This document shows positions 37,215-51,774 of a DNA stretch of 64,000 bases, piece after piece. The notes beneath the pieces were generated by a model. That model was not told the DNA's origin. It saw only the letters and a program-made list of their open reading frames with translations, and made no database searches. A program made the position numbers and the translations under genes. The stretch spans positions 682,001 to 746,000 of the forward strand of contig JAWMAR010000473.1 in assembly GCA_036785375.1 (NCBI GenBank), read 5' to 3'. The DNA comes from Leucoraja ocellata (Eukaryota). Position 1 is the first letter of the stretch, and each line of letters starts with the position of its first letter.

Positions 37215-37560
37215 GGCTCAGAGTCATAGTGCATGGAATTATGCCATTTGGCCTATCACGTTCACACTCACCAATGAGCACCCATCTGTACTAATCTCAT
37301 CTTCTTGCGCTTGACCCATTACATCCTATGCCTAGGCAATTCAAACATTCATTTAGAAACTACTTAAATGCTATCAGTGGTGCTGCTTCCACCGTGCTCT
37401 CAAGCAGGTCCTCCCTTAATTTTTTACCCCAACTCTAAATCTATGTCATCTTGTTTTGATATATCTCTGATACATGCACATTTGGTGTATGAAAATATCT
37501 GTTCCAATCTCTAATGTCATGTCATCTAGACTCGCCTTCCTAAATGTCAACAAATCCTGC
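37215..37560 (-). mobile_element. Old CR1 3' end
   Basis: 'agagtcatagtgcatggaattatgccatttggcc...ttaaatgctatcagtggtgctgcttccacc'. Confidence 0.6.
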
Positions 37561-40500
37561 CTTAGATAGTATTCATTATTGGATATTGGGCACATCATTT
37601 TTCTCTGCTAGCCTTTCAACATCAAAACATTGAGATTACTGATGGTGGGATGAATTTGCCATGTGAAAATCCCTGTTGGGGAGACATTGATTATTTTACC
37701 TACCATGTTTTTGTGATGCAACTTGCATATTTCTGCTGTCACTGCTTCCATGACCTCATTATGTTCATGACAACTTTGCACTATATTAACATTACTTTTT
37801 AATTCACAAACTGGTTATTTCTACTTCACAACAATATTTATGCCTTGACTTTAATAGATCACACAATTTCTGCATGATGCACCACAGAAGAGTCCAGTTA
37901 ATGGCAAATTGCTGACTCCTTTTTTGTTTCAATTACGAGTCACTCTGCCTCACCAGCTGGACTTCTAGGGCTTGTTAATTTTCCTTTTGCCATAGAATCA
38001 TTAACAGGTTTATTTCCACATTTACATCAGGTCAACCACCATGATATGTGTAACGGGTATTAAAGAATCATTGCCACAGGTATGTACTTTGAAGGATATG
38101 AATAATAGAATAAGGTACATACTTTGTAGAATATGGATTTGAAATAATGCAAAAATTAACAACAGCATATCAGCAGCCTATATTACAACTCGTGAATTTT
38201 AATATCCAAGGATAATTGGCTTTCCACCATTTTCTACAATGACACACTGTTAAGATAGATCCTGAGGACCTTTTGTTCTCTGATGAAATTACATTTCTAG
38301 TTACTCTAACAGAAAAACCACGGGGCCTAGTGTGTCATTAGATGTAAACATTCCATAAGATCCAATGGATACCACGGAATCCCTGGAATGGGCACATGTT
38401 TTCATTTTGTTATTTTTTTACAATTCCAAGGGCGAAATGTTTTCCAATCAAATTGCCTGAATTAATTCAAAAACTGTTCAAAAACTCATTCCAAAAAAAA
38501 AATCCAACAATTTCAAAATAAAAAGACTTTAAAAGAGAAAAATGTTCAGAGGAAAGGCATTGTTCTGACCTCTTCCAGAGAAACGTCTCAAAGTCAGACT
38601 GGGTTTAGTAAATTTCACATGTTCTATGCTTTACAAGTTGTGGTATTCCAATTTACAGTATCCCTACAAAAACCGCAAATTCCTAGATCCTTTGGTAATC
38701 TTCCAATAACATGATTAAGGCACTCTGAATCATGGGTGCTGGAAGCAGGCTTTTACCATATACGGAATTGATTTTCTTTCAGGGAATGGAAAATGTTATG
38801 GTATTTTTAGTTAACATTTTGGATGAGATCATCAATAATCTGCCTCGATATCGGAACCAGACTCATTTTTATTGCATTTTTGTACAACTTGTACAACTTG
38901 TCCATTTTTTTTGCAACATAACTTGCATGCGTACTTAATAAAGTTGGACTAGAAATGCTTTTCATCCTTTCCTATGAACATAAAAGAGAATTAAACATGA
39001 CTTTTTCTTACCCATTAATGGATGTATAAACATACATAAACTGCACAGCCTTGTTTGGCAGAATATTACTTACAGACAGCCTTGTATATTAAAGGCAAGA
39101 CTGCCAATATAATTACTATTTAAGGACGAGAAACTGAAGCTTGGAAAGAATTTGTAAATGAAAAGGAATGTGTTTATCTAGGATCAAAACTTGATATGCA
39201 TTTTGATTTTACCGTATCTTAATTGCATACAGATCAAATAATTACAGTTTAATGAAATTCATTTTGCAGTAAATTCCATGTATAGATTTCAAGTTGGCTG
39301 ATGGACTTTAATAGGGAAACTACAAAATGAACACAATAAGTAACACATTCTTTTGAAAGACGTCAAAGGCTTTGAACACACACACACTATTTGGCTTAAA
39401 ATTTTACTTTGTAATATTCAGCATTCAGTATTAGTTTCAAGATAATATACTTTACAGATGTTATACAATAGAACACCCATTCAGCCAGCTACACAGAAAG
39501 CTTAAAGATTCAACAAGTAATTGGTTAAACTGTTAATAAACCTGGTATGTAGCAAAGGAGGCTGAAAAATGATGTTGTTATCTTTTGTACTCAAAGAAGC
39601 TAACTTCAACTTTAAGAAATGAATAATTGCCTGAAGGGTATATAGCATCAATCAAGAAAAAACATTTGCATTCTTGGAAAACAACATTAATAATATTTTG
39701 CCTAGCAAGGATGTGGTTGATATATGTTTACACACCCTTTAATATAAATTACAATTTATAGTTATTGATCAAATGTTTGAAAAATGGAATTTCTCATATT
39801 TTAAGGCACTCTGAAACACTCTTGTGAGACTTTTCAGTGATTAGAAATCTTTGCATGAGGAGACTGTGAAATGTAATCCCTTTCTAACCACTTGATTTTC
39901 TGCCTGAACTTTGTATATGCTATTAGGGCAAGTTCATCTGCTGGCCAGAATGATGGACGTGTATATATGTTGCAATCCTCAGATTTAAGTATCTTCTACT
40001 ATTTGGACTAAAAACAAGACTAAAGTGGCGAGGATAACCATTGTCATGCATGTGGTCACCTGAACCCATAAGAAACAAATCTCCGTCTGGGATGTAAATT
40101 CAGAACTACTACTCCCATCTCAAAGCATATATCCCACTGACTCAGTCATTTATCCAAAGCAAGTACTGCACAAAGTGTAACTGACATCTTTACTCCATCC
40201 TTCACCTGGGGATATACAGAGTAGGGGTTGAACCACATGTGTTCTGACATAAAGGTGGGAAAGCCATCATTAAACTTTCACTATAAATCTACAGTGAAAA
40301 ACATTTCATCTCAATTTATCTGAAAGTTCTACTTATTCCTTGAACAACATTGCTGGTGTGAATTCAACTATGTGCACCAATGGGACTACATTGTTTATAA
40401 CAACATCATATTCAATGGTGTATAATTAATATTATGCCCATACTAATGCATTTGATTTATTTCATATATCTCAAGATATTTTTGCAGATTTATAATAATA

Positions 40501-40910
40501 ATCATTGTTTAAATTATCCATACCGAATAAAATAATTTGTTACAGCAAAGCCATGTGGTCTCAAGATGCACTTTGAGGTGAAACAAAACATTTACTCTGT
40601 TTTAAGCCGATTTCCTCACACTATCTAAATAACATTTTCCATTCTTCACTGCATACACTTCCCCTCCCTCTTTTAGATCCCTTGTTGTTCACTATTTTGA
40701 TTTTGTTTTTAGTCAAATTGTCTTTGCAATGCCACATGCAAAATAAAACCTTTGTAGCCTTATAGATCCAAAGTGGAACAATACTAAAAAAAAATGTATG
40801 CCTGTCATAAAATAACAATTCCATGGGGAATGTAGATAAATCATTAGCAAATAATTGACTTAAATAAATATTGTAACAGCATGTGATATTTCAACATTTA
40901 TTTAAACAAA

Positions 40911-40984
40911 ACTTTCAATTCTATCCAAGGTTCAGATTCAGATTAAATTCAGATTGTGAGACTTTCAATTCTATCCAAGGTTCA
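40911..40984. repeat. 24-bp direct repeat around a 26-bp ATTCAG-containing spacer
   Basis: ACTTTCAATTCTATCCAAGGTTCA at 40911-40934 and 40961-40984. Confidence 0.88.
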
Positions 40985-41214
40985 TAAGCCTTTTGTCAGG
41001 GAAGATAAGCAGTCAGTTTTCATGATATTATAAATCATGTGATGTATCACAGGAATTATGAGGCATTCATTTTTTTCATGCTAGAACTGTTAAGTTTTGT
41101 ACAACTTTTGCAAATCTTGTTTGTGGAGAAGTAAATGTCCCCACAACAAAATTCCCTACCTTATCACTATGGAAAAGACATTCCAGATTGCCGTCTGATT
41201 CAATGTTGGATTAA

Positions 41215-41335
41215 TGAAGGGTCCGACCCGAAACGTCACCTATCCATGTTCTCCAGAGATGCTGCCTGACCTGCTAAGTTCTAAGTTCTTCCAGCACTTT
41301 TTTCTAAATCAAAATCGGCAGATCCGTGTTTCTAC
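41215..41335 (+). mobile_element. Penelope-terminus fragment
   Basis: 'gaagggtccgacccgaaacgtcacctatccatgttctccagagatgctgcctgacctgct'. Confidence 0.8.
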
Positions 41336-41869
41336 ATTAACGCTGCTAATTGTTTAGGGGCCACCTTTAACACCAAGTGTAAACATTTGCATGATCAGAA
41401 GTAAAAACAGCCATTTTCATTTACTAATGCATTCCCTTTGCAGTGGAGTAGTGATCTCTCCTCTAAACACCCTGCTTCTCTGTTCTCATTACCTAATTCC
41501 GGACACCAGAATAGAATCAAAATCATGTCCAAAATTAAGAGACAGTAAATATTCAAATGAAATTAGAACTGCAAACTTACAAATGTGGTTATATAAGTTT
41601 ATCTTACATAAACAAAATGAAACAAAACACTGGTGTAACTCAGCAGGTTAGGCAGTTTCATTGGAGAAAAAGAATAGGTGATATTGCAGGTCATAACACT
41701 TCTTTTTCTCACTTTATCACAAGCTCACGAGGTATATTGTATGCACAAATAGCTGGGTGACAAACAAACAATTATTAGAGATGAGATGGTAAACATCCTC
41801 CTGATGAAGAGTTCCTAAAACAAGCAAAAGTACTAGAGATGCTGCAAATGCATTTTTTTGAATTGCAAG

Positions 41870-41952
41870 AGAGAAAGAGGGAGAGGGAGAGGGAGAGGGA
41901 GAGGGAGAGGGAGAGGGAGAGGGAGAGGGAGAGGGAGAGGGAGAGGGAGAGA
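41870..41952. repeat. (GAGAGG)n microsatellite
   Basis: Directly visible; explains the ER, SP and LS repeat ORFs. Confidence 0.95.
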
Positions 41953-43504
41953 GTGTCATCTGAAATTCTAACTCTGCTTCTCTCTCTTTGTTTACTGGCT
42001 AATTGCCTTGGATTTTCAGAGTCTGTTTTTATGCCTACAAGACGTTCCTTTATGCCGAAGATTGCACATGGAGCCCCTAAGCCCCCACAGCACATGAAGT
42101 CGAGTAAATGAGCAAGAAAGCAAAGCGCAAGGAGTCATTTTCCATCCTTGCAGCTAAATGCTCTGAAAGTCTTTCAGTAAAAACAGTTACGGAGAACTTG
42201 TAGAAATATTTTATCTAAAGGGAGTGAATTAAACTTTGAAATCGTTTGCAACAATAATGAACTTTGACCATTCACCATCTCTACATTTTTGTACTTTCAC
42301 CTTTGGAACTAGAATTGTAGGTATTTGTTGGCAGAATAGAATATTACAAAAAAAGAGGAATTTAAATGCAGCCAAACTAGTATGGTTGATGAAGTAGATT
42401 CTTAATAACGCACATAAAATATTCAGTTCCCAATTTTAATAATTGGTGTTGAAGATTTCAACCCAAAAATGTGGAAAATTGTTCCACCATATATTTTACC
42501 ATGGGTTGAAACGCATCATTTTTCATTGTTGTGTGAGTATATCTATTTGAAGTTATTGTATCTCACCTTTGATAGGTTGTTCGGTAGTATTATAAATTGT
42601 CTTACTTAAAGCATAATTCAACAATACCCACAAAAATAATTCAATTCCAACAAGAGTAAAATTCCATCAAACTACATAAATCTGTCTTGATAGTATAATA
42701 ATATTTGACAAACTTTTTAACATTTGAAATCCTTGTATTTGTGGGAGAAATATGACTGAAATGATTCTAAGATCAACAAGTGCTGTGTCATTAACCATAA
42801 CAAATCAATAACATACTCTTCAAATCAATGTTAACAATGAATATATGTCCCTGTCTGCAGTTAATGTACAATAGACTTGCTGGGTGTGTCCAATCCATTT
42901 GCAGTATTCGTGCAAAAAAACCTTTAAAAGTTTCCTCTGAGAAACAGGAATCCTAATTACCAATGATGATTATATTTAATTAGGAAACTTTACAGTAATT
43001 GGCTCACAATTACATATTATACATAGTTTGTAAAATGTAAAAATGTATTTTCAAATATCTTTCCTGACTAACTGAGACAGGCATAAACATCACATCATCT
43101 GAAAAATGGAAAAATCATTTTTAAACAAAGGGTTCCCAGGCAAGTATTCTTTTGGTAAAATCTTGTCACCAGCTTCCAGCATCGAGAATATTCAGAAAAG
43201 AAATATTCCTAGATACTTGGTAAATAGATACTGACAGTGCATTAGGATTCATTTTTTTAGCAACAGAAATTATTGAACCATTTCAGCACTGCTTTTCATT
43301 TTCACTGTTCAACAAATGAATAAATTCACTAGAACTTAAGCATTTCTATCTTAATTGTAAGTTGTAAAATTCTAGCCCTCCAACAGCTGGAAATTAACTA
43401 TCAATAACATTTGCAATAAAATCATCTAAATATGCTGTTCTTTTGCTATGTCTTCAAGTACTAAAGTTATCCAATGGCAAGATTATTTTTTAAATTGTAA
43501 TAGT

Positions 43505-43820
43505 TTTTAGTTTAGTTTAGAGATACAGTGGGGAAACAGGCCCTTTGGCCCAATGAGTCCGCATCGACCAGTGATCCATGGTCAACATTAACACTACCTT
43601 ACACAAAATAGAGACAATTTTAGATTTATACCTAACCAATTAACCTACAAACCTGTACGTCTTTGGATTGTGGGGGGAAACCAAAGATCTCAGAGAAAAC
43701 CCACGCAGGTCACAGGGAGAATGTACAAACTCCATACATGCAGCATCTGTGGGTCAGGTTCGAACCCTAGTTTCTGGCTCTGTTGGGTAGTAGCTCTACC
43801 GCTGCACCACCCTGCCGCCC
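43505..43820 (-). mobile_element. HE1/V-SINE-type SINE, full length
   Basis: (GTTTA)n tail, V-domain, and head 'ggttcgaaccc...ctctaccgctgcaccaccctgccgccc'. Confidence 0.88.
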
Positions 43821-44064
43821 TATTTGTGAACTTTATCCAGATTCTTCTTAGGCAGACTCTTAGGATCAAGGATGGCATGTTACTACTGTGGTCTCTAAAG
43901 TAGCTAATGAAGCTATGTGGGAACCACAAACTCTTCCAAAGTTGGGTCAGGTAGGTAGTTCAATTTTTTGAGTAGTGTGCTCTTTTTCCATTCTGCAGCT
44001 TGATGACTAAACTGGGGTGACCTTATATCTAGAATGGGGATAACATCGGATTATTGAATCATGG

Positions 44065-44400
44065 TGTCATAAATAAATAATAAATAATAAAATAAACAAA
44101 ACACAGAAACGGGCTCTTTAGCCCAACATCCATGACAACCAAGAAGTCCCATCCATGCTAGTTCCATTTGCCCATGTTTGGCCTATAAATCTTTCTAATT
44201 CAAGTATCTGTTTAAATATTATTATTATACCTGTATCAAAAAATTTCTTGGGCAGCTCGTTCCATATAGCCATCACTATCTGTGTGAAACAAGTTGTTCC
44301 TTAAAGGCATCTTTTCCATAGCAGGGTGACCAAAACTGAACACAATACCCACCAGTATCCTGCACAATTGTCACAAAACATCCAAACGTCTGTACTAAAC
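44065..44400 (-). mobile_element. CR1 3' fragment
   Basis: 'agaaacgggctctttagcccaac...ggcagctcgttccatatagccatcactatctgtgtgaaa...cagggtgaccaaaactgaacacaatac'. Confidence 0.7.
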
Positions 44401-44479
44401 TATTCAATATGGTTTTAATAGTTCTTATGTATCATGAGAAAGATTCGAAAACCAGTCCGGGTAATGACGCATCGTGAGT

Positions 44480-45150
44480 TGGCAATAGACTGCGGCATAA
44501 TTGGATCTGTTGTGGATTTGTTGGTTAGGTTTGCATGCTAGCATGAATCTAATGAAAGATAGAAATTAATTTATGTGGGCAAACAAAGGTATGTTGAGTA
44601 GTTCTCCAACCTCTGGGAAAGCATAATTGAGCAGGAGCCTGGTGATGACTCGCTGCGACAGACCTCAGGGAATTCACTTTATAATTACCACAATCCGATC
44701 TGCCTACAGTCTTGCAGATGGAGCCTTGTTGCTAGTCAATGGTCTATTTTGGCTTCTGTACAGTCGGTATTATAGTGAGATTGGACTGGATCATTTATTA
44801 TGGGGTGAGGTCAAAGGTGCTCATCTCAAAAGTAGTCACAGCTGAGGAGTTTATCAAGTGTTTCTTCCAGCAAACATTGACACCCTTTTTGTCTTTGAAA
44901 AACCTATCTCCTTTCTTGGCTCTCTTGGGGGATATGGGCGGGGTGGGTTAGGTGTGAACCCATAGATGGCCTTGATACCACTAATGAATCCATGCACATT
45001 ATTGGAGAGTTGTTGGACCTCATGTGCTCTCTTCATCCATCACTGGTTCTTCAGGTCATGGGTTTTCTGTTTATCTCTGGGTTTAGGTGCTTTAGAGATG
45101 TTTCTTTTCCCTGCGGCTTGGTGGAGGTTTCATCCAAGTATTAAAAAGCT
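44480..45150 (-). mobile_element. Degenerate RTE (BovB/Expander-like) LINE ORF fragment
   Basis: - strand reads KQKTHDLKNQ*WMKRAHEVQQLSNNVHGFISGIKAIYG, resembling the recalled RTE linker 'LKN.WW..KA.EIQ..AD....FF..LK.IYGP'. Confidence 0.55.
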
Positions 45151-45314
45151 GGAATGATATCCATATCACTTGTGCATGACATGTACTGATAATTATTGTA
45201 CTACCTCCTAATTCAGTTTGTATTCTCCATGAATGTGGCACCGAAATACAAACAGGGGGCTCTGGTGAGAAAATCAGTGTTCCATTTCTGACCTTTCGCC
45301 ATAGCAAAGATATT

Positions 45315-45600
45315 TAAAATCAGAGAGCATAAATTAATGGTAAAGGGTAAGAGGTTTAGAAAGGATCTGAGTAAGAACTTTATTCACCTAGAGGGTGGTT
45401 GGAGCATGGGCCACATTGCCTGAGGTGGTGATGCAGCCAGGTACTCTCTCAAAATGCAAATATCTCTACACTTGAATTCCTAAGGTTTTGGAACACTGTG
45501 GGCCAAGTATTAGAAAATGGGATTTATCAAGAAGGGTCTTGATGGTTAACATGGGCATGATGAGCCAAAGAGCCTTGTTCTGTGCTGAGTGACTCCGTGA
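45315..45600 (+). mobile_element. CR1 3' end
   Basis: 'gaggtttagaaaggatctgagtaagaactttattcacctagagggtggttggagcatgg...gagccttgttctgtgctg'. Confidence 0.75.
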
Positions 45601-48600
45601 TTCAACGTTGCAGATGAGCTCCACTCGTCAAAACCGACAGCTCCCATTCGACTTGTGCCATAGTGCCCACAGCATCCAAATGCCCTGAGGATCACCATAA
45701 CTAATCCTATAAAGAGAATTTTGGCTTCACTGCCAGAAAGAACCAGAGCTGGTTTGATAAAATGCTAAGATGATCCAGAAGCTATATGACCACAAATGCA
45801 AGGCATTCTTGAATTTGAAGCTCCACCACATACTGTTATTAGCGCAACAATAGCGTGACATATCCCAGCCTGTTTTTTACAGACAGGATATACATTTGAA
45901 CTGTGGGAAAGCAGAAAAGATGTCTGGAATGGGAGACGGGAATTAAGAATAACATGAACCCTTGAGCAATTGAAGAGTAAAGCATTTCCTTTAATGGTGT
46001 TGAAATTTAGTACTATGTCTGGGTTTATACACGAAAAAGGGTTTGGCTTCACTGACAGTTGCTGTTTTTTCTCACTGCAGAAGCTTCATAAATCCTTAGT
46101 CCCACAAACCTTAACAAACACCCAAGATAAATTACATTGCCTTTGCATTTTCTTTGTCTTTCAAAAGTTCAAAACAAAACTGCCTTTGCCTTGATTTTCA
46201 TTCACAGTCATTTTTTGCAATTGAAGAAATACATAATCAGCAAACGTTTTTCTAGAAAGAAATGCGTGATCCAAATTATTTTACATTCTGTGTGTTTAGA
46301 ATGTACATTGGATATGACCTGTAGAGGAAAGAATCACTCTTTTGTCCTCTGGTTTAGCTCATGTGGCATAACTAGCAACTTATATTTATTTTGCAAATAG
46401 AAAAATATGAAAATATGTATTTGTTATAGTGCCATATTGAAATGCTGCATTCAGATAAGAGGATAGAAAGTCTATTAGAAAAGGCCATGTCAACTGGCAT
46501 GCTATTATTTCCTACAACATACAGGGATTTATTATAGAGATAAACTATCTTACCTTTGTTTTCTTAATACTTGTATGAACAGCATGACATCTACTTCATA
46601 TTGGAAACCATTCATTGATTTCCTGGCTTGAATCTCATGTGCAAGTAGGAACACGTATAACTCTTACTAATTGTAGCATAACTAGTGTTTTTTGTGCAAA
46701 ATCACGTAAGTATTGACACATATACAATAATATGCAACTTTTTCTATTAGATTGATACCGGACTAGCAATCTATTTTCCTCCTTGTTATGATGCATCCTG
46801 CATGATTTTTGTTTCCTTTGAAGCTAAAATTCACCGTTAGTTTGCTCTCCAAATAAAATATATCTGTCATATTAATAATATGATTTTCCTCTCCTCTTCT
46901 GCTCCCCTGGGATTGAAAATGAATTCCGTTCACCCAAGCTGAGGAATTCTGATGGTGTACTTCAATTCTGATTATATTGCTGGCTGTTACACATCAGTTA
47001 ACAAGCAGTTTTGAGAAGCTGAGTTCTTGGTCCATTAGGAAGGAAATCTAAGATGATAGGAGGCCAAGTTCTGTTGCACAGCGCACACACACACACACTC
47101 TTGGGGGATACATGGATACTTTCCCCTGTTCTTTGCCTTTGCACCCATCTCTTTACCCCCCCCCCCCCCCCCCCCCCCCGGTCCACCATCTTCTCCATTA
47201 GTCGCCCCTCCTCCATCTGTCAACACAAGTTCCATGAAACACAACTCATAATTAAAACTTCTGAATATCATCATATATTTGTACAGTATTCAGTGGGCAA
47301 GTCCTAATGCATGAAAAGGCAGCAGTTAGTGTGTTTTCAGGTTTAGGTGAGATACAATCACCAAATCTATCCAGCTATTCTGGCTGTTGTTATACAAATG
47401 CTATTCACAATGTCCACATTACTTTTTACTTGCGGATATTTTAAGATGGGAAAATATTTAATATCCGATTCTGTCTGAATGCAACACCGTTGGAAGAATT
47501 TAAATAACAATACTTTACAATATATTTTAATACTAGGAGAGAAATAACTAATGGTAGCAAAAGAAGGAAATTATATAAATTCTAGATGAAAATAATCTAC
47601 TGGAATGACGTGTTGGTTTTTAATTCGGTCTCATCAGAATAACAAAAGGAGAATTAGATAAGGAAAATAATGACAAAAGATATTAAGCGTAGACTGGGCT
47701 GTTAATTCCCCCTCCCCCCCAAAAAAAATTGTGTGTAGAATAGGAGTTAAGAATTTTTAGACAAGTTTGTATCCACTAGATCACACTATGAAAAGGTCAG
47801 ATTATACATCGGTTTTTGGTCTTGAGGTTGAAGGGTTGACTTGAATATACAAAATCTACAATGGCCAAAGACCCCCCCCCCAATGTTTCCTTTGATGATT
47901 TGTAATCATTGAACATGATTTGTAATAATTGAAGACAATTCTACAGAGGCCAATTAACCTACAAGCCCACCGTCTTTGGGAAGTGGGAGGAATCCAGAGC
48001 ACCCGGAAATATGACCAACATATTCTAGTGCAAAGAAGGTGACCTTGAATCGCATAACTTCCATGTGAATGACGTGCCTGTACAAAAATGCCTCCAAGCA
48101 TGCAATTATGGCAGCAATTGATGTGGAACCCATAATTAACCCACAATTAACACTACATGTGCAATAATGGAATCTTGAAAATGCAACTGGAAAATATCTT
48201 GGGTTTTGAGCATGAAAACAGATCAGAACCGAAGAAAAGAGGTTGGCTTGGGAACTTACCTGCATCATTGATGTGATGCTCATGGCAGAAGAAATAATGG
48301 AACTAGATTGATTATCAAATGGCAGCTTAGACCCTTGGGTTATTTTGATGGGTGTCAGTCTCTGAGATCTAACCAAGGTTAGAGTGGCAAAGTCATGTCA
48401 TTCCCACTGCCATATCATTCCTGATACACTTCACTATTTTCAGCCGTGGATCAATTAAATTGATTGCATTGGTCAAAACCTACAATATCTAACCTCTAAA
48501 TAATTTAATGGTAATTGAGTACATAGTCTACCTTTAACAAGTTCAAAGACTTGGCTTGATCAATAAAAGGTCCCCTTTCTCCATCTCTAAATTAAATCAA

Positions 48601-49589
48601 ACTGGTTTATAACTACATTAATAAATTATAAATATTATCCACTGACACAAATGTTTAAAGGGCAATGACATGAGACTTCTAAAATAGCTTCAACTTATTT
48701 TGGATAAAATCTTCTGTTTATTATCGTTCATTTTAACACTTAGGTTGAGCTTCAATATGGTATGTGTTTAATAACTGATGTTTTCACTATTAAGTTTAGA
48801 AGTGTAATGTACCATATCCCATTAAATGGTTCTTATTCCTATTCAAATTTCATTGGAATGCTGGTTAATCTTACAATTGCCAAGTTACCAGTTACCTAAT
48901 AGTCCAAAGAACAACATTTACACCTTCCTAAAAAGCAACAGTACTCCTTCAACATTCGTTAAGTGCTAACATAGAATCTTGAGACATACGAGAAACAAAT
49001 ACCTGGGAAGTTAATTCTTAAGGAAATCAGTTTATAACCACTGGAGATTGTCTCACACTGAAGAAACAGATTAGAAATGACACTCTAGAAGCACATGGAA
49101 CAATTGTTTGGGACAATCTCATTTCTCATCAGTTTCAAAAGTTGTTAGCTTCATTCTTGCTATTGCATTAGGCTTGAGATATAGGACCTCATCTTTAATC
49201 TCAGCACAACTAGTATTCAACAACTTCAGTTAATGAATCTACTGCTGTCATTTACATCTTCCCGAGAACAACATTTTGTTTCTTTTACTTGTTCCAAGAC
49301 AGTTTATTTTGCCTTGTGTCATTATCACATTTGCATTTAATCTCTTTTGTAACCCACATCTGACCCTGTGTTCTCTCCCCCCTCCACCCTCTTTGGCCTT
49401 TCCCTGCAACGTCAAGACATGTTTATCCCAAACTTTTCTCCATTCTGGTGAAAGGTCACTGTTAATTCTGTTTCTCATTCCGCTAAAGCTGCTTGACCTG
49501 TGAATATTTGTAGCATATTTTGCTTTCTTTACTTGAGAAACTAAGCTAATTTTCCTTGAAACAGGAAATATTAAGCATAGTTTTAAAAA

Positions 49590-50730
49590 AGTTGTTTAAA
49601 ATCTAGAAGGTTTTGATAGAGCAAGGACAAAGAATCAATAATCAAATAACACAGATTTAATACCATTGGCAAAAGGAACAGAGACTGTCAGAGGAAAAAT
49701 AATTATACAGCAACTTTTTATGATCTGGAAATACTGTTTGGAAGGTTGAGAAAGAAGATTTAATACTTGTGTAAGGGAAATAGATCAGCGATTGAAAAGG
49801 AATTATTTGCTGAATTATAGTGATAGAAGCAAGGGATTGGGATTAAGTGGCAATTCATTCAAGGAAATAGCAACAAAATGATCAGGTGAATGGCCTCTTA
49901 TGCTGAATGAGCTGAGAATGACCAACCCATCTTCCTTACTAAAACATATGTTTTCCATGATTTATACTGCATTTAATGCAGAATAATAAATACAAAATAG
50001 ATGATTTAATGCAAAATAGATGACGTTCAATTCAGGAATCAAACAATGAAACGCAGCTCAAACAATAAATAATAATTCTTCTGGAATGTCAAAAGTGAGG
50101 AACTAATAAAAGTGCTGCTATTTACTGGATGTATATTAATACCAAAAAAGTAGTGCAGCCAATTCAATTTATTTATATGATAAACAACACATTTAGAGTA
50201 CAAGAAATAAGAAGTCTTGCTATAATATATGGAGTTTTGTCAAGACCTCAATTGGAGTAACTGCCTGTAGGTTTGATCTTACCCAAGTGAAATAACTGAC
50301 TGAAATAATAAAAGTTTGCAAGATTGATTCCTGGAATGAAAGGTTTGTGTATGGGAGAGATCAAGAATAATAGGTTTTTTTAAATTATCTTGTTAAAAAA
50401 AAAAAATATTCACATTGAAATATATAACATTCTTCAGAAATTTAACAAGAAAGATGCTGAAAAGCTATTTCACTAAAATGGACATTCTAGGATTTGGACT
50501 CAGAGATTCAGAGTTGCTTCTCAGTTCCCCGTGATATACCCAAATACAAGAGCAGTTACTTCCATGGAAGGAAATTTCAATTTAAAAAATTTAATTTTAT
50601 TCCACCATTTCTGCATCGCTTATTTAAAACATGCAAACTTGTTTATCATGGTTTTTAGGCCAAGGGTGTGGTCAGTTAAGAATGATATGAGAAAATGTCT
50701 ATTTACTCACAGGGTTGTGCTAGCAGTGTT
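49590..50730 (+). mobile_element. Patches of old CR1 3' remnants (~49590-49910 and ~50190-50730)
   Basis: 'ggtgaatggcctctta', 'ttgtcaagacctcaattggagta', 'gattgattcctggaatgaaaggtttg', and ORF fragment KNDMRKCLFTHRVV. Confidence 0.5.
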
Positions 50731-51774
50731 CATTGGATCTTTGACTGCAGCTTGCAGTCATATAATAGAGGATGTAATGGAGATAGAGCTATTAAAAGAC
50801 ACGCTTTATAACCTAAAGCAAACTGAACTAAAGCAGTATCAGATACTTGACTCTTGCTCAAAGTAAACTTAAACCAACACATTCTACAGTGCACTTTTAA
50901 AATCCTCTTCCCCAGAATATTCAAGTATATTCACAACAGATTTAGAATATTCAAACTTGTATACCACAGTTTTTAGCCAAGGGCTTGCCAATTAGGAAAG
51001 ATATAGAATGTTTGTGTATTCACAGATATCGGTTTTTATGATAAATGCATTGGGAGAAATGGGATAGGGTGGGAATTGATACAGGGATGCATTCAAGGTC
51101 TCATTAAATGGCAATTTATTCTTTCTTTATGTCATGAGAATCTGGTTCTTTCTATTTAGCTAGGAACATGGAAAACATTGCTTCTTAAGGGTCGATGACT
51201 TAGCCTGAACCATCTGGTCAACAAACTAGCTGACTCCTGGGAGAAATGCTACATCTCACATGGGAAAACTGGTGCTTTGCTCCTGCATGTCAAAAAAAGA
51301 TCATGACCCAGGAGTGTGGGAATGGAAGGAAAAAAACTGCAGCACATCAGTAACTTATACAGGACATGAAAGCAGAAAACATAGACTTTAAAAAGAAGAG
51401 CTGTAGCTAAGGCTCGCATGGTTACTTTAGTAAATGTGATTGATATCAATTAATTGCTGGATTGTTGAGAAATATAGGTTTGGTCTGAAATACAGACTGT
51501 TTGGCATCATATCATTTTCTGGATAATCATTTAATGTCTTTATATATTATCAATATTTAACTTCAACCACATTTCACAAAGTTACAATGAATGAACAAAA
51601 TGTATTCAGCTTTATTCTTGTCACTCCCAAATGTTGACTTAATTTGACTTCGCAGTGACAAAAATATTCGGTTGATAAAGTCGAATCACTTAGCCTGGCA
51701 AACTGGCAGATTAGATATGCATTTTTCTTAATTTCACTGGGAGCAGACATTTAACCATTTCCCATTTTTTCCCC

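Noticed and set aside
41717-42111. ER-, SP- and LS-repeat ORFs
   Set aside because: Produced by the (GAGAGG)n microsatellite.
45600-45720. Minus-strand acceptor 'tctctttatag' followed by an open frame
   Set aside because: The frame runs into a CR1 tail with no donor; peptide not recognised.
48250-48310. Minus-strand exon ending at a strong CAG|gtaagt donor
   Set aside because: Weak acceptor, unrecognised peptide, and no partner exons found.
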